Counted from the first letter of the stretch, positions 12,570 through 26,216 are shown. The stretch: 64,000 nucleotides of DNA from Octopus bimaculoides (GCF_001194135.2 NC_068985.1:77562568-77626567), one strand, 5' to 3'. The notes: generated by a model not told the origin, from the letters alone. Translations and numbers: made by a program.

Positions 12570-12825
12570 GTGCAGGTGGCACATGAAATGCACCATTTTG
12601 AGCGTGGCCGTTGCCAGTACCGCCTGACTGGCCTTCGTGCGGGTGACACGTAAAAGCACCCACTACATTCTCTGAGTGGTTGGCGTTAGGAAGGGCATCC
12701 AGCTGTAGAAACTCTGCCAAATCAGATTGGAGCCTGGTGTAGCCATCTGGTTTCACCAGTCCTCAGTCAAATCGTCCAACCCATGCTAGTATGGAAAGCG
12801 GACGTTAAACGACGACGACGACGAC
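12570..12825 (+). mobile_element. Family R copy, (GAC)n tail
   Basis: ggttggcgttaggaagggcatccagctgtagaaac...ggacgttaaacgacgacgac. Confidence 0.8.
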
Positions 12826-13129
12826 AGGTATAATCGGTACAAGATTTTATTCTGTCTCTGTTTCATTCAAACATTTTCATTGTACAAAACTCATTCTAGT
12901 CAATATACCATTGGCTATGTACTCTTATACAATTTAATGAATACAATTACATAACAGAATGCATCTAAAAAAAAAACAAAACAAAAAAACAACTCATTAA
13001 CAGGTGAGGCAAAAGTGAATACAGGTGTGTAACATACTGAAAATTAATATGTATTTCTCACTTTCACATTATTTGTAATAGATTGAAAGGAATATATGAC
13101 AGTATTACTATCAAACAACAAAATATAGT

Positions 13130-13700
13130 TATGTCATATTTCTATCATGAAACCTTTACACAAGGGTACTTTGCAAAACGAACACATATATGAGGTCTCA
13201 ACCTGATATCCTTTCGCAGTTTTTCTTTTTTGCAGTGAACACAGTCTGCAAACTTTTTTCCTTCCATTCATTTTTTCCACTTAATGGAAGTCAATATTTT
13301 CTCTGACACCCACCTCAGTTAATTTTGCTTTTCTCCCAGTTCTGTGCTTTCTGGAAGGAAAGCCCTCACATAACTGAGATGTGATGTCAGCCTGAAATTT
13401 CAAATGGTCATAGTCCTTTGGTGGCAGAGGTACCACCATAAACAATATATCAAATAACTATAGTTAGACATAATGCTGGAGGTATATGGATCACCATACT
13501 TTATATCAGGATTCCAGTAGTTACAAAAGCTTGCATTTCTGCAGTATCAGTTGGCTTCCATAGTGGATTGGGTCTTCCATGAATAGAAATTATGCATTGA
13601 GCATATTTCTTTCCTCCACAACATTTTCAAAAAACCTTTTTGGTAAAAATAACTAGTCCAATGGTTTTGTATCAATGCTAGAAATACTCTTACAATTAAA
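13130..13700 (-). pseudogene. piggyBac transposase remnant, internally deleted (N-terminal region joined to the C-terminal Cys-rich domain)
   Basis: Minus strand: KPLD*LFLPKRFFENVVEE.N.YAQ...WKPTDTAEMQAFV, then DHLKFQADITSQLCEGF...GRKKVCRLCSLQKRKTAKGYQVETSYMCSFCKVPLCK (piggyBac CRD pattern). Confidence 0.75.
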
Positions 13701-13824
13701 CCAACCCAGTCAAATAATAGGTTGCTTTAATTAACTGTCATCCCTGCATCACAAATTGTTCTAGAAAAACATTTCTTGTGTTAGAAATCATAATTTTAAT
13801 TATTGACCTCATTGAAGTTCTGTG

Positions 13825-15265
13825 TTCAAGAACTTCTGGGATGAGGTAGCCAAACAGGGTGGCCAGTCTTATCCAAAAATGGGCTGAGAGGAAGCTGTCC
13901 CTGAAAGGTCAAACAGTGGTGGCGAATGCTTACATCACCTCCATAATCATTTACCACCTGATTGTCGTGCTTTGTCCTGGTTACTGCTTGACCAGGTTGG
14001 AGTGTCTCTTATTTAAATTCTTGTGGAAGGGAAGTGTTCAGACAGACAGGCAGGCAGGCAGTCAGTCTAATAGCAACCACTGAGTCGCGGATTAGGTATG
14101 CCGTGGCTCCTAATGCACAGACACGCTCTTAGGTTATATCACCTGCAATGATTTCTGGATGGTGAGTGTGTGTGGGTTCCGTTTATGAGGCTCGTCTTTC
14201 TGCAGCTCATCTCCTTGATGGAGCTTCAGTCCTGGGTGAAGAAAAAAACCAAGACTGAGCGCCTGGTGCCTAGAATGTTGTCAAGCGCTCCCATCCTCTA
14301 CTAGTCGGGCAATGGGATTGGTCAATGTTCCGCTTTAGAAATCTATAGAGAATTAGTGGCAGGGAAGTGGGATGGTATTCTTGGAGAGACTCTGGGTGCT
14401 GACAAGAACAAACTGGCTAGTCTGTTCCAGAGGACTTACCGGTTCGGAGTTATCATGAATAATTTCCAGATGTCCTTGGCCTAGCAGTGCTACCCATTCG
14501 AGATAAACTCTACAGGCACAGATGTGCTGTCAGATGAGCTTGTCAAAGGTGTCCACAGAGTGACGAAACCGTTCTGTACGCCCTCGTTCAGTGTCCAGAC
14601 ATTGCTGACTTGCTGGGTTATGTTGAACAGCTGCTGTCACATTTGGGACAGATCTCTCTGTTGGCGAAGTCTGTAGTGATGATCGCACCACTGCCCTCTT
14701 TCAATCAGGCAGGTAAGGCAGTTTTCCTTTGTTTGGTGACTGTGACAAAAGAGGTTGTTTGGTAGACAAGGCTGTAAGGCCTGAGGACGGATACATTCCT
14801 CTTTGATAGAGCTCTCTCATTGACTCACTTGAAAAGGAAGTTGAAAGTGGAGAGGGAAGTGCTGTCCTCAAGTGAGTTTATTGAAAGGTGGGTGAAAGTT
14901 GCTAAAATGGCAAGAGTGGATGGTACCTCTCTAAGTGTAGACCTGTGAGTCAGAGAGAAGAAATTGGAGAGGACCCTTGCTCCTGGGGTTTGAGGGAAAT
15001 CTCGGACAGTGGGGTTCCTTGATTATCCCTAGAGGCCTTCCTGTATTAGGAGGGCCACATCTCTATGATCTTCCCTCCCACTTTTTCTTTTTAAAAAAAC
15101 CTTTGTATGCTATGCATGTGTACCTTCTTTTTCAGTCTATACCATGTATAATTTCTTTCGTTTTTTTTTTATCATTTCATAATATGTAAACCCCAACACT
15201 TTATATCTGTCTTTGTATTGCCCCCCCCCCCTCATCCTTCACCCTTGTGGCAAATAAATGAAGTT
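13825..15265 (+). mobile_element. L1/Tx1-clade LINE, 5'-truncated and decayed
   Basis: QKWAERKLSLKGQTVVAN...FKFLWKG (post-RT region); zinc knuckle CQRCPQSDETVLYALVQC at 14541; 3'UTR ending in AATAAA near 15256. Confidence 0.85.
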
Positions 15266-17404
15266 ATCATCATCATTATTATTTTGGCAGCAAATTAGCA
15301 GAATTGTTCGCATGCTAGACAAAATGCTTAGCAGCATTTATTTCAGCTTCACATTCTGAGTTCAAATACTGCCATGGTCAGCTTTGCCTTACATCCTTTG
15401 GAGGTCGATAAAATAAGTACCAGTTCAACACTGGAGATGATGTAATTGACTCACCCAACCCCCCAAATTTCAGGTTATAATAGAAAGCTTTATTATCATT
15501 ATTCAGGCATTTTACTAGCAGACTCATTAGAACAGTGGTAAAAATGCTACATTCTTTATATTCTGAGTTCGCAGTACCATTCAGTTACTATGGTGCTGAA
15601 ATAAAGTTCTACTAAAAGTACAAGAGATGATGTAATTGACTGATCCTCTTCTGCTGGCCTTGTGCCAAATCAAAAACCATAGTTATTATTATCATCATCA
15701 TGCTTCTTTCTGGAAGCAAATAAACAAGAATTGTTCTGAATTCTTTCCTTCTTTCTCTCTCTCTTTTTTTTTTTTGTTACAATAATCTATATAATACTCA
15801 AAAGTGCTGATGCCTTTTGCAAATTAGAATGGAATCAGTACTTGATTTTCTTGTGTGTGTACTTGACATTGTATCTGGTAGTTGTGTTTTGTTTTGTTTT
15901 CTCTTGTTTCTGTTTGATATCTACTTAAACATGGCGTCTGCTCTCTTACGTCTTCCTAATCCTTCATATTTACTGCTGTTGTATACATCTATCTACATGG
16001 CTGCTCTTTACCCCCACTGAAACAAATCAATATAACTAGCTAAACCATAATTTTCCACCACATCCTTTTCTTCTTCTCTCTTTCCCCATTCTTTGCATCT
16101 CCACCTCCTCCTCCTCTCTCTCTACTCCTCTCCCTTTAAATATACACCATTTTCTATGCCTCTAATACATTCTGCTTCCAAAGTGCTGCCTATCTACCTA
16201 CATAAAACCGACCCATCATGCCACCTACCTTTCTTATTTTTTTCGTGTCTTCTTCAACTGTCTATTCTATTAGCTGTAATCCATCCAACCAACCATTTAC
16301 TCTTGCACCTATCTGGAAAGATAGAATGGATGGATCAATCAACCAACCAGTCAATCAATCAATACACACACACATATATATAGATGTGTGTGTGTGTATA
16401 CAGAGAGAGAGAGAGAGAGAGAGAGTCATATAGACTAAAGATATTCAAATACACTATTAAGAGAGATGTCATTGTGAGAAGGAGGAGGTGGAAGGAAGCT
16501 TTATTGGGTAGTTGTAACACTATTACTATTGACTCAGAGTGTGTTTCGTGAAGAATTGGTCTAGCTAGTAGTGGCTCAGGATTCTGCGGTGGATTAATAA
16601 ACACTGGCTCCATATTACCCCCATATATCATTTGATCTATTGTGCAATGATTCTCTACTTCATCTCTTATTTACACTTTCCTATCTGTTTATTAAAGGTT
16701 GTTTTGAGGACTTTTTTTTGTATTTTTTTTGTAATCTTTATTTACACTGGTTTTTGTTTTAATTGAAAACTGCTAAAATGTCATTGCAGTTAACATGTAA
16801 ATTCTGTATTCTAGTATGTTTGTAGAAGACAAAAAACGATTCTATTCTATGCTTATGTATCCTTCCTTGCTTATCATATGTGCATATGATTGACTGGGTA
16901 AGTGTTGGAAAAGGGTGGTTAGCAGTGTATTCATTGTAGGTTCTTTCAACACACAAACATATAGACACATGCACACTCATTTAATGAATACTCATACTTT
17001 CTCATGGATATATATATATATANNNNNNNNNNNNNNNNNNNNNNNNNNNNNNNNNNNNNNNNNNNNNNNNNNNNNNNNNNNNNNNNNNNNNNNNNNNNNN
17101 NNNNNNNNNNNNNNNNNNNNNNNNNNNNNNNNNNNNNNNNNNNNNNNNNNNNNNNNNNNNNNNNNNNNNNNNNNNNNNNNNNNNNNNNNNNNNNNNNNNN
17201 NNNNNNNNNNNNNNNNNNNNNNNNNNNNNNNNNNNNNNNNNNNNNNNNNNNNNNNNNNNNNNNNNNNNNNNNNNNNNNNNNNNNNNNNNNNNNNNNNNNN
17301 NNNNNNNNNNNNNNNNNNNNNNNNNNNNNNNNNNNNNNNNNNNNNNNNNNNNNNNNNNNNNNNNNNNNNNNNNNNNNNNNNNNATATAGAAATAGCATGC
17401 TTTT

Positions 17405-17476
<72 letters not shown>

Positions 17477-17506
17477 CATACACATACATACATACATACA
17501 TACATA

Positions 17507-18346
17507 CAGGGTGAATAAACTGTTGTCTAAATTATACAATAATGAAAATAACACTGACATCTCATTTGAACAGATATATTTACCAAAATTACATAAAAAT
17601 ATCTTGAAATACTAAAGAGTAAATTTATTCAATAAAATCACCATTGGCGTCAACCACAACCTCCGGATGACTTCGGAATTTCTTGCAACTCATCTAGTTG
17701 GTCTCCTTGTTTAAGTTGGTGAATGCTGCCATAATCCTTGCCTTCAGTTCATCTTTGGTGTTACAAGGAGTTTTGTTGGTCTCTCACTCAACTGTGCCCT
17801 ACACATAATAATCAAGGGGGTTGCAGTGTGGAGAGTTAGGTGGTCAGATGTTAGGGGTGGTATGGTCGTAGAAATTGCCTGACAGCTATGACTGGGTTCT
17901 CCTGCTTGTGTGGCATGGTGCAGAGACCTGTCGCCAGATATAGGGTCTTCCAGCAGCCACCCTACTTCAAGGCACTTGATGTAGGCCTCCATGCTGATTG
18001 TGAGGCCATGTGGGAAGATGAATAGAGGCATAACATTGCCATTGCAATTGATTGCTCCAAGCACCATGATGTTGAATGGATGTTTGATTTTTATCACTCT
18101 CGGTACATGTTCTCAGATTGACACCCAAACACTCTGAAATACTCATATTGGAGCTTTTGGTATGAATACCAAGCACTACAGCATGTCATTTCCAAATTTC
18201 TGGTAGAGTGAATTGCATCATGGTGCTGTTTTTTTCACAGATGGTGCCCAACTGACCCTACTATACTGTGTAGATGACAGAATCAGACAATACACATGCG
18301 CGAAATAAAAAATATAAAATGGCGACAATTTACACATCACACCCTA
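17507..18346 (-). mobile_element. maT (DD37D) Tc1/mariner element, internally deleted and decayed
   Basis: TA-CAGGGTG ... CACCCT termini between TA repeats. Translation KHPFNIMVLG...RQ[V]SAPCHTSRRTQS*LS...I*PPNSP[H]CNPLDYYV* gives 37 residues between the D2 and D3 positions. Confidence 0.85.
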
Positions 18347-18481
18347 TATATATATGTGTATATATATATATGTATATATATATGTATATATATATATATA
18401 TGTGTGTGTGTGTAGATATTTAGCAGAAGCAATCAAGTAACTCAAGGACTGAGAGTTTAGTGCAGCTAATGCATGAAACTA

Positions 18482-18522
<41 letters not shown>

Positions 18523-19857
18523 TGATATTAGTCTGCATCCATGCTGGGCACTACCTTGTAAGTGGTTTAATTGAAAAGCATCAACCCCAGTACTTATTTT
18601 ATAGGCCTGCTAACGCTGAACTGCCAAACTACGGTGATGTAGCATAAACAAACCAGCACTGGCTGTCAAGTGGTGTCGGTGGGGGGGGGGGGCAGATACT
18701 TACACACAAATAAATGTGTGTGTGTGTACACATACCCATGCACATACACAGCATCTTCCAGCTTCCACCTCTCAAGTTCATTCACAAAGTGTTGATTGGC
18801 CTGGGCCAGTAATAGAAGTCACTTGCCTGAGGTATCAAACAGTGAGACTGAATCCAGAACCATGTGGTTAGGAAGCAAACTTCTTACCACACAGCTACAT
18901 ACATATACATGCACTCTCTCTTTTTTCACTTACTCATTCGCTCAGTGGGTGTGTGTGCATATTTGTTTCATGCTTGCAAGCTAACTGTTGTGACTATTAT
19001 TAGGAGAACTAAAGTATTACCCATCATGTGATGGATAACTTTGGAAGTATAACTTTAGCTACCATGAGTAATATCAGGAAATATGGCATACATACAATAT
19101 AGTTAACTTTCATCATATTTCTTGATACTTAAATAAAATTGATGCAATGAATACTAATTTTTAAAAAAAAATGTTTATTACTTTAGAATTAAATAAAACG
19201 ATATTCAAAAAGTGTAAGCAAAATTACTCTCCAAACTGATTAAAAAAATTTTTGGAAGTTCATACACCCACGTGTTCTCTCACTCACTCTCTCTCTCTCT
19301 CTTCCATGTATACATACATTTTCCACCTCTTGTCTATGATTCTTCCAATCTTACTCTGTGTGTTTGTGTGCGTGTGTTTCTTTGTAATGCTGAGAATTTG
19401 TTTGCTCATTGCCTGCCACCAAACCTAGTATCTGCACTCATTCTGCATTTCCTGTGTTGACTCTTTCTGTATCTCTTTTACTTTCTCCCCACTGTTTCTA
19501 CATCATATGAAGCATGACTGTAGCAGTCAATCAACCAACCAACCAACGAGCCAACATTGATATTGGCCAATATTCTAACAGAGATTAAGGCAGTGAGCTG
19601 GCAGAATTGCTATCATCCCAGGCAAAATGCTTAGTGGCATTTCTCCTGACTTTGTTCTGAGTTCAAATTCCACCAAGGTCGACTTCACCTTTTATTTTTT
19701 TTAGGTTGGATAAAATGAGTACGAATTGAGTACTGGAGTCTATCTAATCAAATTACTCCCTCCTCTCAAATTGCTGGTCTTGTGCCAAAATTTGAAACCA
19801 ATATTATAACAGAGATTATAATTGTTAGGGTTAAGCTTACTGTTTGTAATATAATAT

Positions 19858-19891
<34 letters not shown>

Positions 19892-19901
19892 NNNNNNNNN
19901 N

Positions 19902-19939
<38 letters not shown>

Positions 19940-20730
19940 CACTTCTTTGTTATCACCACAACCATTATCATCATATGTCTGTTTTCTATGTTTGTATGAG
20001 TTGGATGACTATATACAGAAGCACATATACTCTCTTCTAAATTCATTAAAAACATATGCACATGTATAAAAGAAATCTCTGCTCCTCCTCCAAAGTTTGG
20101 TCCTGTGCTTTATGATTATAATATTTTATATTTATTTTATTTTCAACTTAAAGATTCACAGAGCATAATCACATTTACAAAGTACGGCTCTTCTGATGTT
20201 ACATTCACATGAACATAAAAACATTTCTGGTTAATTTCCCAACTAAGTCCACTTCTTTTGTACATCTTAGAGTCTGTACAGCATTTCAAGCTTATAAATT
20301 TTGTCAAGCTATCCTTCCTTCCTTTTATACACATGCACATATCTTAAGCCTTCCTTCCCACTTGCTACATTTTTCTACTTATTCAGGCTTACATGTGCTG
20401 GTTTTTTTGTTTTTTTTTTGTCTTGGGGTATTATTTTCAATTCTAAATAATAACTCCATTGTCACATCTACACACCACACACACACGCATGTATAAAACA
20501 CCCACTTGCATCATTTCCCATTGGGTTCATCATATTTCTGCTTGGTTCTTGCCAGCCTGTCTTTGTTTTATATTGTAAGTGTTCACTCCATTATAACTAA
20601 CTTTCCATAAATCTAACACACCCATATAGAAAGAAATAATTTCACAATTCCATTCACACACACACACACACACGTTTGTGTATGTGTGTGTGTGAATGTA
20701 CATATATACATATGTATTTATATATACATA

Positions 20731-21999
20731 TTGGGTCATTCTATAAATAATGCAGTTTTTTCAATTGCGTGAACTAAAAGTCGGAGGGGTATGGGATAAA
20801 CTACCTGCATCAACTTGTTATAAAGACAGATAGTAATTTTACCTTTTCCTTATTCTTAGTGCATGTTTTGAAGAGTGCAGTTCAATTTTAACAGTTATTT
20901 TTTCAAAGCTATAATGGAAGTGACAAAGGAGTATTTTTGGTATATTTTGCTTTGAGTTCAATAAAAGCAACAACACAACGGAAAGGGTGAGGAATATTAA
21001 TGTAGTATCTGGGGATCAGACAATAAGCATAAGCCAGTGTCAATAGTGGTTCCAGAAATTCTGAGCCAGAAACTACAGCCTAGAAGACGAACCTTCTCCT
21101 GGGAGATCTGTAGAGCTCAACGAGGACGTCCTGCAAACCCTGGTGGAACAAAATCCCATTGTAACTGTTGAGGAACTAACAGAGGAGCTTGGATTTGGTC
21201 ATTCAACCATTCATCAACACCTGCATGCCATCAGAAGAGTCAAATTGGGTCAACGGGTTCCTCACAAACTTTCTGAGTCTAATTGTGCGCAGTGAGTGAA
21301 TGTGTGCACTTCTTTGCTGTCACGTCTCATGAATGGTGACCAAATAGTGACTGATGACAAGAAATGGGTTCTCTATAAATATGTCAAGTGCTGAAGAAAG
21401 TGGGTAGGGAAAGGAGAAAGAGTGGCACCCCAGGCTAAAGAAGGTCTTCACCCATGTAAGGTGTTGTTACCTGTTTGGTGGGATATGAAAGGTTTAGTCC
21501 ACTTTGAACTTTTAAACCCAAACCAAACGATAACAAAGGAGATCTGCTGGGAGCAGCTTGAGCGGCTTAAGTCAGTGCTAGAAGTAAAATGACCATATTT
21601 GGTTTAAGACAAAAGGTGTTCTTCCATCCGGATAATGCTTGGTCACATGCAAAAAGGATGACATTCCAAAGACTTGAGCAGTTTGAATAAGAAATGATGC
21701 CCCACTCACCATATTTGCAAGACAATGCCCCATCTGATTATCATTTAATCTGCAGTCTTCAAAATCATTTGGATTGAAAAAACATGAATTCTGTAGATGA
21801 GGTCAGAACAGTACTGGAAGAGTATTTTTAATCATGGACAAGTGAATTTTGAAAGATGGGCCTTGCAAGTCTACTAGATAGATGGAAGAGCATTGTAGAA
21901 ATTGAAGGAGAGTATATTTTAGTTTAAAAAGAACTTTATCTTAATTTTGAAAAATAAAAGAAGTATAAAAATAACTGCATTATTTATGGGATGACCCTG
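20731..21999 (+). mobile_element. mariner (DD34D) transposon, near full-length, inactive
   Basis: TIRs gggtcattctataaataatgcagtt / aactgcattatttatgggatgaccc. Transposase starts at ATG 20914 with [W]VPHKL, VTDDKKW, HPDNA and PSDYHL (34-residue spacing) and has several stops. Confidence 0.95.
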
Positions 22000-22150
22000 T
22001 GTGTGTTTGTATATGTATGTGTGTATACATGTGTGTGTGTATACGTGTGTGTGTGTGTGTGTGTGTATACATGTGTGTGTGTGTGTGTATATATATAAAT
22101 TTATACTTGTATGTGTGTGTGTGTGTGTGTGTATATGTACATGTATATAT

Positions 22151-22552
22151 ACCCAGTGTAAGCTACGGACACATAAGAGGTGCAGCAACATCAAAGGAAG
22201 ATTAATCGGGAAGATAGCTTCTGTGTGTGCCAGATGCACGGGCAATAAATACCACAGATGCTCAGAAAACAGATTCCATCACATGCCAGGGGGAGAAACT
22301 AGAAGTAGTTGATAGCTTCCGTTACCTAGGTGACCAAGTCTATAGTGAGGTGGATGCTCAGAGGGTGTTACCACTAGAATAAGAATAGCCTGGGCAAAGT
22401 TCAGATGGCTTATACCCCTACTGGTGACAAAGGGCCTCTTGCTCAGAGTGAAAGGTAACTTGTATGACGCATGTGTGCAAACTGCCATGCTTCACAGCAG
22501 TGAAACATGGGCCGTGACTGCTGAAGACATGCGCAGGCTCGAAAGAAATGAA
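22151..22552 (+). mobile_element. RTE-clade LINE RT fragment with Cys-rich (PHD-like) insert
   Basis: QCKLRTHKRCSNIKG...CARC, then EKLEVVDSFRYLGD...RIRIAWAKF...LYDACVQTAMLHSSETWAV. Confidence 0.85.
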
Positions 22553-25458
22553 TTTAAAATAATGTTAATGATGTATATATGGTATATGTATAAATGTATG
22601 CATGTGTGTGTATGTACACACATACATACATGCATATATGTATTTATGAATTATATAGAAATACTTAAATAATATAAAATTTTTAAATAATAAAAAATAT
22701 GCTAATGTTTTATTTATTCTGTTTGAACTACCAAAACCTATATGTTTGTGTTGTGTATATATGAATTTTTCTGTCTGTTTATATGCACGTGTAGTTGTCT
22801 GTATATGTATGTAGATGTGTTTTATGTGTGTGTGTATGTGTGCATACATATAAGATTACTTAAAATTTGCTAATCGGATTAGTTCTCATGTCTCTTCAAA
22901 TGTGATGAAACGCTTTGCAGCTGTGACAGAATTAGCAGATTTAGAACAATGTACACTGTTTTGCAATAAGTTGTAATACTAACTACCATGATATCAAATA
23001 GAAGAATATGTAGAAATAAAATGAAAAAAAAAAAACAAATCGTGAAAAAAATGAGCAAGAGCTGAAGTGAGAGTGATAAAATCTGTGTAATTGGTCAGCA
23101 AAATTTCCTGTGGTGCTGGTTTTTACATGGCATTTCAGAGTAAATTGCACTGAGGTTCCTTCACTTTTTTTTTTTTTTTTTGGTAAATCAAAGATAATTT
23201 CTGGTTTTCTGCTTCTTGCTCTGGTTTTGTGTTTTAAATGTTTTTGTTTATTTCCAAACTGGAATATGTATACATGCTTGTATGTGTTTGTGCACACACA
23301 CAGACACACACACACACACACACACACATACATACATACATACATACATAGAAAGAGATATACTGCATGTTTATTTAAGTGGATGTATTATTGAAGTGTG
23401 CTGCATCTTGAGTTCATTGTGGTCCATTAGGTGAACTTCTGATGTTTCAAAGTTCTCCATTTGGTAGAGAGAACTTTCTCCCAAAGTTCCTATAACTCTA
23501 AACAATATGGAAATGGAGAATGGCAGAGAATTAGTTGTGCAGTTTCGCTATTTTTTCACCCTGTCCACTTATGACATAAATAATTTTTTCTCTTCTTCCT
23601 CTCCAGGTGACATAGGAAATTAAGGAGCTTCGCATTTTACTATGTATATCCATTACTGTGTATATATGGATGGATGAAATGGGTGTGTGTGTTAAGAGTT
23701 TATGCACAAAAAAGCATTGATTAAAAACTTGTATTTGTACACACAACTTATGAGACCTAAGATAAATGTAAAATTCAGTTTTTAAAGTCTTTGAAAATTA
23801 TAACATATAAATACACACTTTGTTGTTCTCTTCACATACAATGTGTGGGTTTGTAGTCTAAAGCTTGGGTTAGAAACCTGTCTATGTACAAAAATGTGTA
23901 GGAAACCTAAGATAAATGTACATTACAGATTTTAAAGCCTTTGCTTTGAAAATGTAAGCAGATATAAAGACACCTTGTTATTCTCTTCACACACTGTTTG
24001 TGTGTGTTTCTTACTTTGCAAGTTCATTCAGGTGAGAAACTTCGGATAGATACACAGTGAATCATTGCATTCAAACAAGCAAATAAGCCCTTCAGAATGT
24101 ATTGATTACATGTTTGTATGTATGTGCATGAGTGTGTGTTTGTACAAACACATATGCATGCATACACAATATTCAATTCTTGAATAGTTTGCCTGTTATT
24201 AACATTGAGAGAAATAGGGAGAAATAGAGTAAATCATAGTGAAATTCTGAGGTGTGGAAGGAGAGTAGAACAAGATAGGAGCAGAGATTAGTAGGGAAAA
24301 TTTGGGAAGTGGGTGTTACTCTCACTACTATAACCTCCAGAGATCATTCCACTCCCTCTTTCACTTGCTGGTTGCACTCCTGGGCTAATATGATCCAACT
24401 GACGTGATGTCTTTCAATAAACCCTGTTTCAGCAAGTAACTGATACTTAGATGCGCCTTACTCACCACCATCAACCTCCACCACTACTATTCCTGCCTCT
24501 CCACCATATTGCTACAACAGTTACAACCACAATCACCAACACTACCTATCATTTGTATCACTGCCACTATCACCAACACCACCTCTATTTCTGTCATCAT
24601 CATCATCTCCTCAACCTCTACCCATACCATTCAGTATTTAGGACGTTGTTTCATTGCAAGTTTTCTTCCAAACAGTGAAAGATGAAATATTTAAAATAAA
24701 CAATAACAAAAATGTTTAAATATCACCAAGTTTTAAAAAATTTTTTATCTAGGATTGTTTTGTTCAGTTATTTGTTTCCTTATTTCTTCATTCATTTTCT
24801 TTCGAATTCCTTTTCTCTCTCTGTCTAATGATATATAGTAATAATGAAGTACTGAGATTGATGGAATCAGCTGTAACTCTTCACCAAAATATATAGCCAT
24901 ATGCATCATCATTGTTGTACAATCTACTTTTCCATGCTTGCATGGGTCACACAAAATTTGTTGAGATAAATTTGCTATGAATGGATGCCCTTCTTATCAC
25001 TACCCTTCAACTACTGTTGCATCATGTCACAACAAGGCCGGTGGGACACACACACACACATAGTATTTATGGCAGGCTGTTTTCAATTTCTATCTACCAA
25101 ATCTACTCTAAAGCTTTAATTGGCTTAGGACTATAGTTGGCAACACTTGCCAAGGTGAGTTGTAGTGGGACTGAACTAAAATACCTGATTGGGAAGTAAA
25201 TGCTATGCTTATGTCACAAATGATTACTGTTAAGGTGACAGGCTTGGCACAATTGTTAACACATTGGACAAAATACTTAGTAGCATTTCTTCTAGTACTA
25301 TATGTTTCAAGTTCAAATCTTGTCAAGATGAATTTAGCCTTTCACCCTTCTAGGGGTCAATAAAATAAGTTCTGGTTGAGCACTGGATTGATATAATTGA
25401 CTTTCCTTTCTCCTCCCCTGAAAGTTGCTGGCCTTATGTCAAAATTATTATCATTATT

Positions 25459-25774
25459 GAAGGCACGTGGTTTAGTGGTTAGAGTATTCATCTTAAGATC
25501 GTAAGGTTGTGAGTTCAATTCCTGGCGATATGTGTTCTTGAGCAAGACACAATTTCACATTACTCCAGAGCACTCAGCTGGCAAAAATGAGTTGTGCCTG
25601 TATTTCAAAGGGCTATCCTTGTAACACTCTGTCATGCTGAATCTCTCTGAGAACTATGTTAATGGTACACATGTTTTGTGGAGTGCACAGCCACTTGCAT
25701 GTTAATTTCACAAGCCAGCTGTTCCATTGATTGGATCAGCTGGAACCCTCATTGTTGTAACTGACGGAGTGCTA

Positions 25775-25777
<3 letters not shown>
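25459..25777 (+). mobile_element. tRNA-derived SINE family C; related copies 35680-35915 (-) and 54320-54530 (+)
   Basis: A-box-like TGGTTTAGTGGTTAG, B-box-like GTGAGTTCAATTCC, a conserved body, and a terminus at an (ATT)n tract. Confidence 0.75.
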
Positions 25778-25813
<36 letters not shown>

Positions 25814-26012
25814 GGCGAGCTAGCAGAATCGTTAGTACGCCGGGCAAATTACTTAGCAGTATTTCATCCGTCTTTATGTTCTGAGTTCAAATTCTGCTGA
25901 GGTTGACTTTGCTTTTCATCTTTTCAGGGTCAATATAATAAGTATCAGTTGAGTACTGAGGTTGATGTAATCGACTATCCCCCTCCCCCCAAATTTCAGG
26001 CCTTGTGCTCAA
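25814..26012 (+). mobile_element. SINE family A, well-preserved copy
   Basis: ggcgagctagcagaatcgttagtacgccggg...gttctgagttcaaattc; preceded by (ATT)n. Confidence 0.85.
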
Positions 26013-26020
26013 AGGATTAT

Positions 26021-26161
26021 TAAGTAGCTTGCTTACCAACCACATGGTTCCGGGTTCATTCCCACTGCGTGGCATCTTGGGCAAGTGTCTTTTACTATAG
26101 CCTTGAGCCGAGCAAAGCCTTGTGAGTGGATTTGGTAGACAGAAACTGAAAGAAGCCTGTC

Positions 26162-26216
<55 letters not shown>

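Noticed and set aside
17640-17960. Three of four Trp codons in the maT C-terminus converted to stops, as possible targeted hypermutation
   Set aside because: TGG becomes a stop by any single G>A transition, and the sample is too small to separate this from ordinary decay.
23607-23645. Strong acceptor ttttttctcttcttcctctccag|GTG as an internal exon
   Set aside because: There is an in-frame TAA within six codons in phase 1 and no convincing donor.
25459-25530. tRNA gene
   Set aside because: A/B boxes are present, but it continues into a SINE body and lacks a clean cloverleaf; it is a SINE head.
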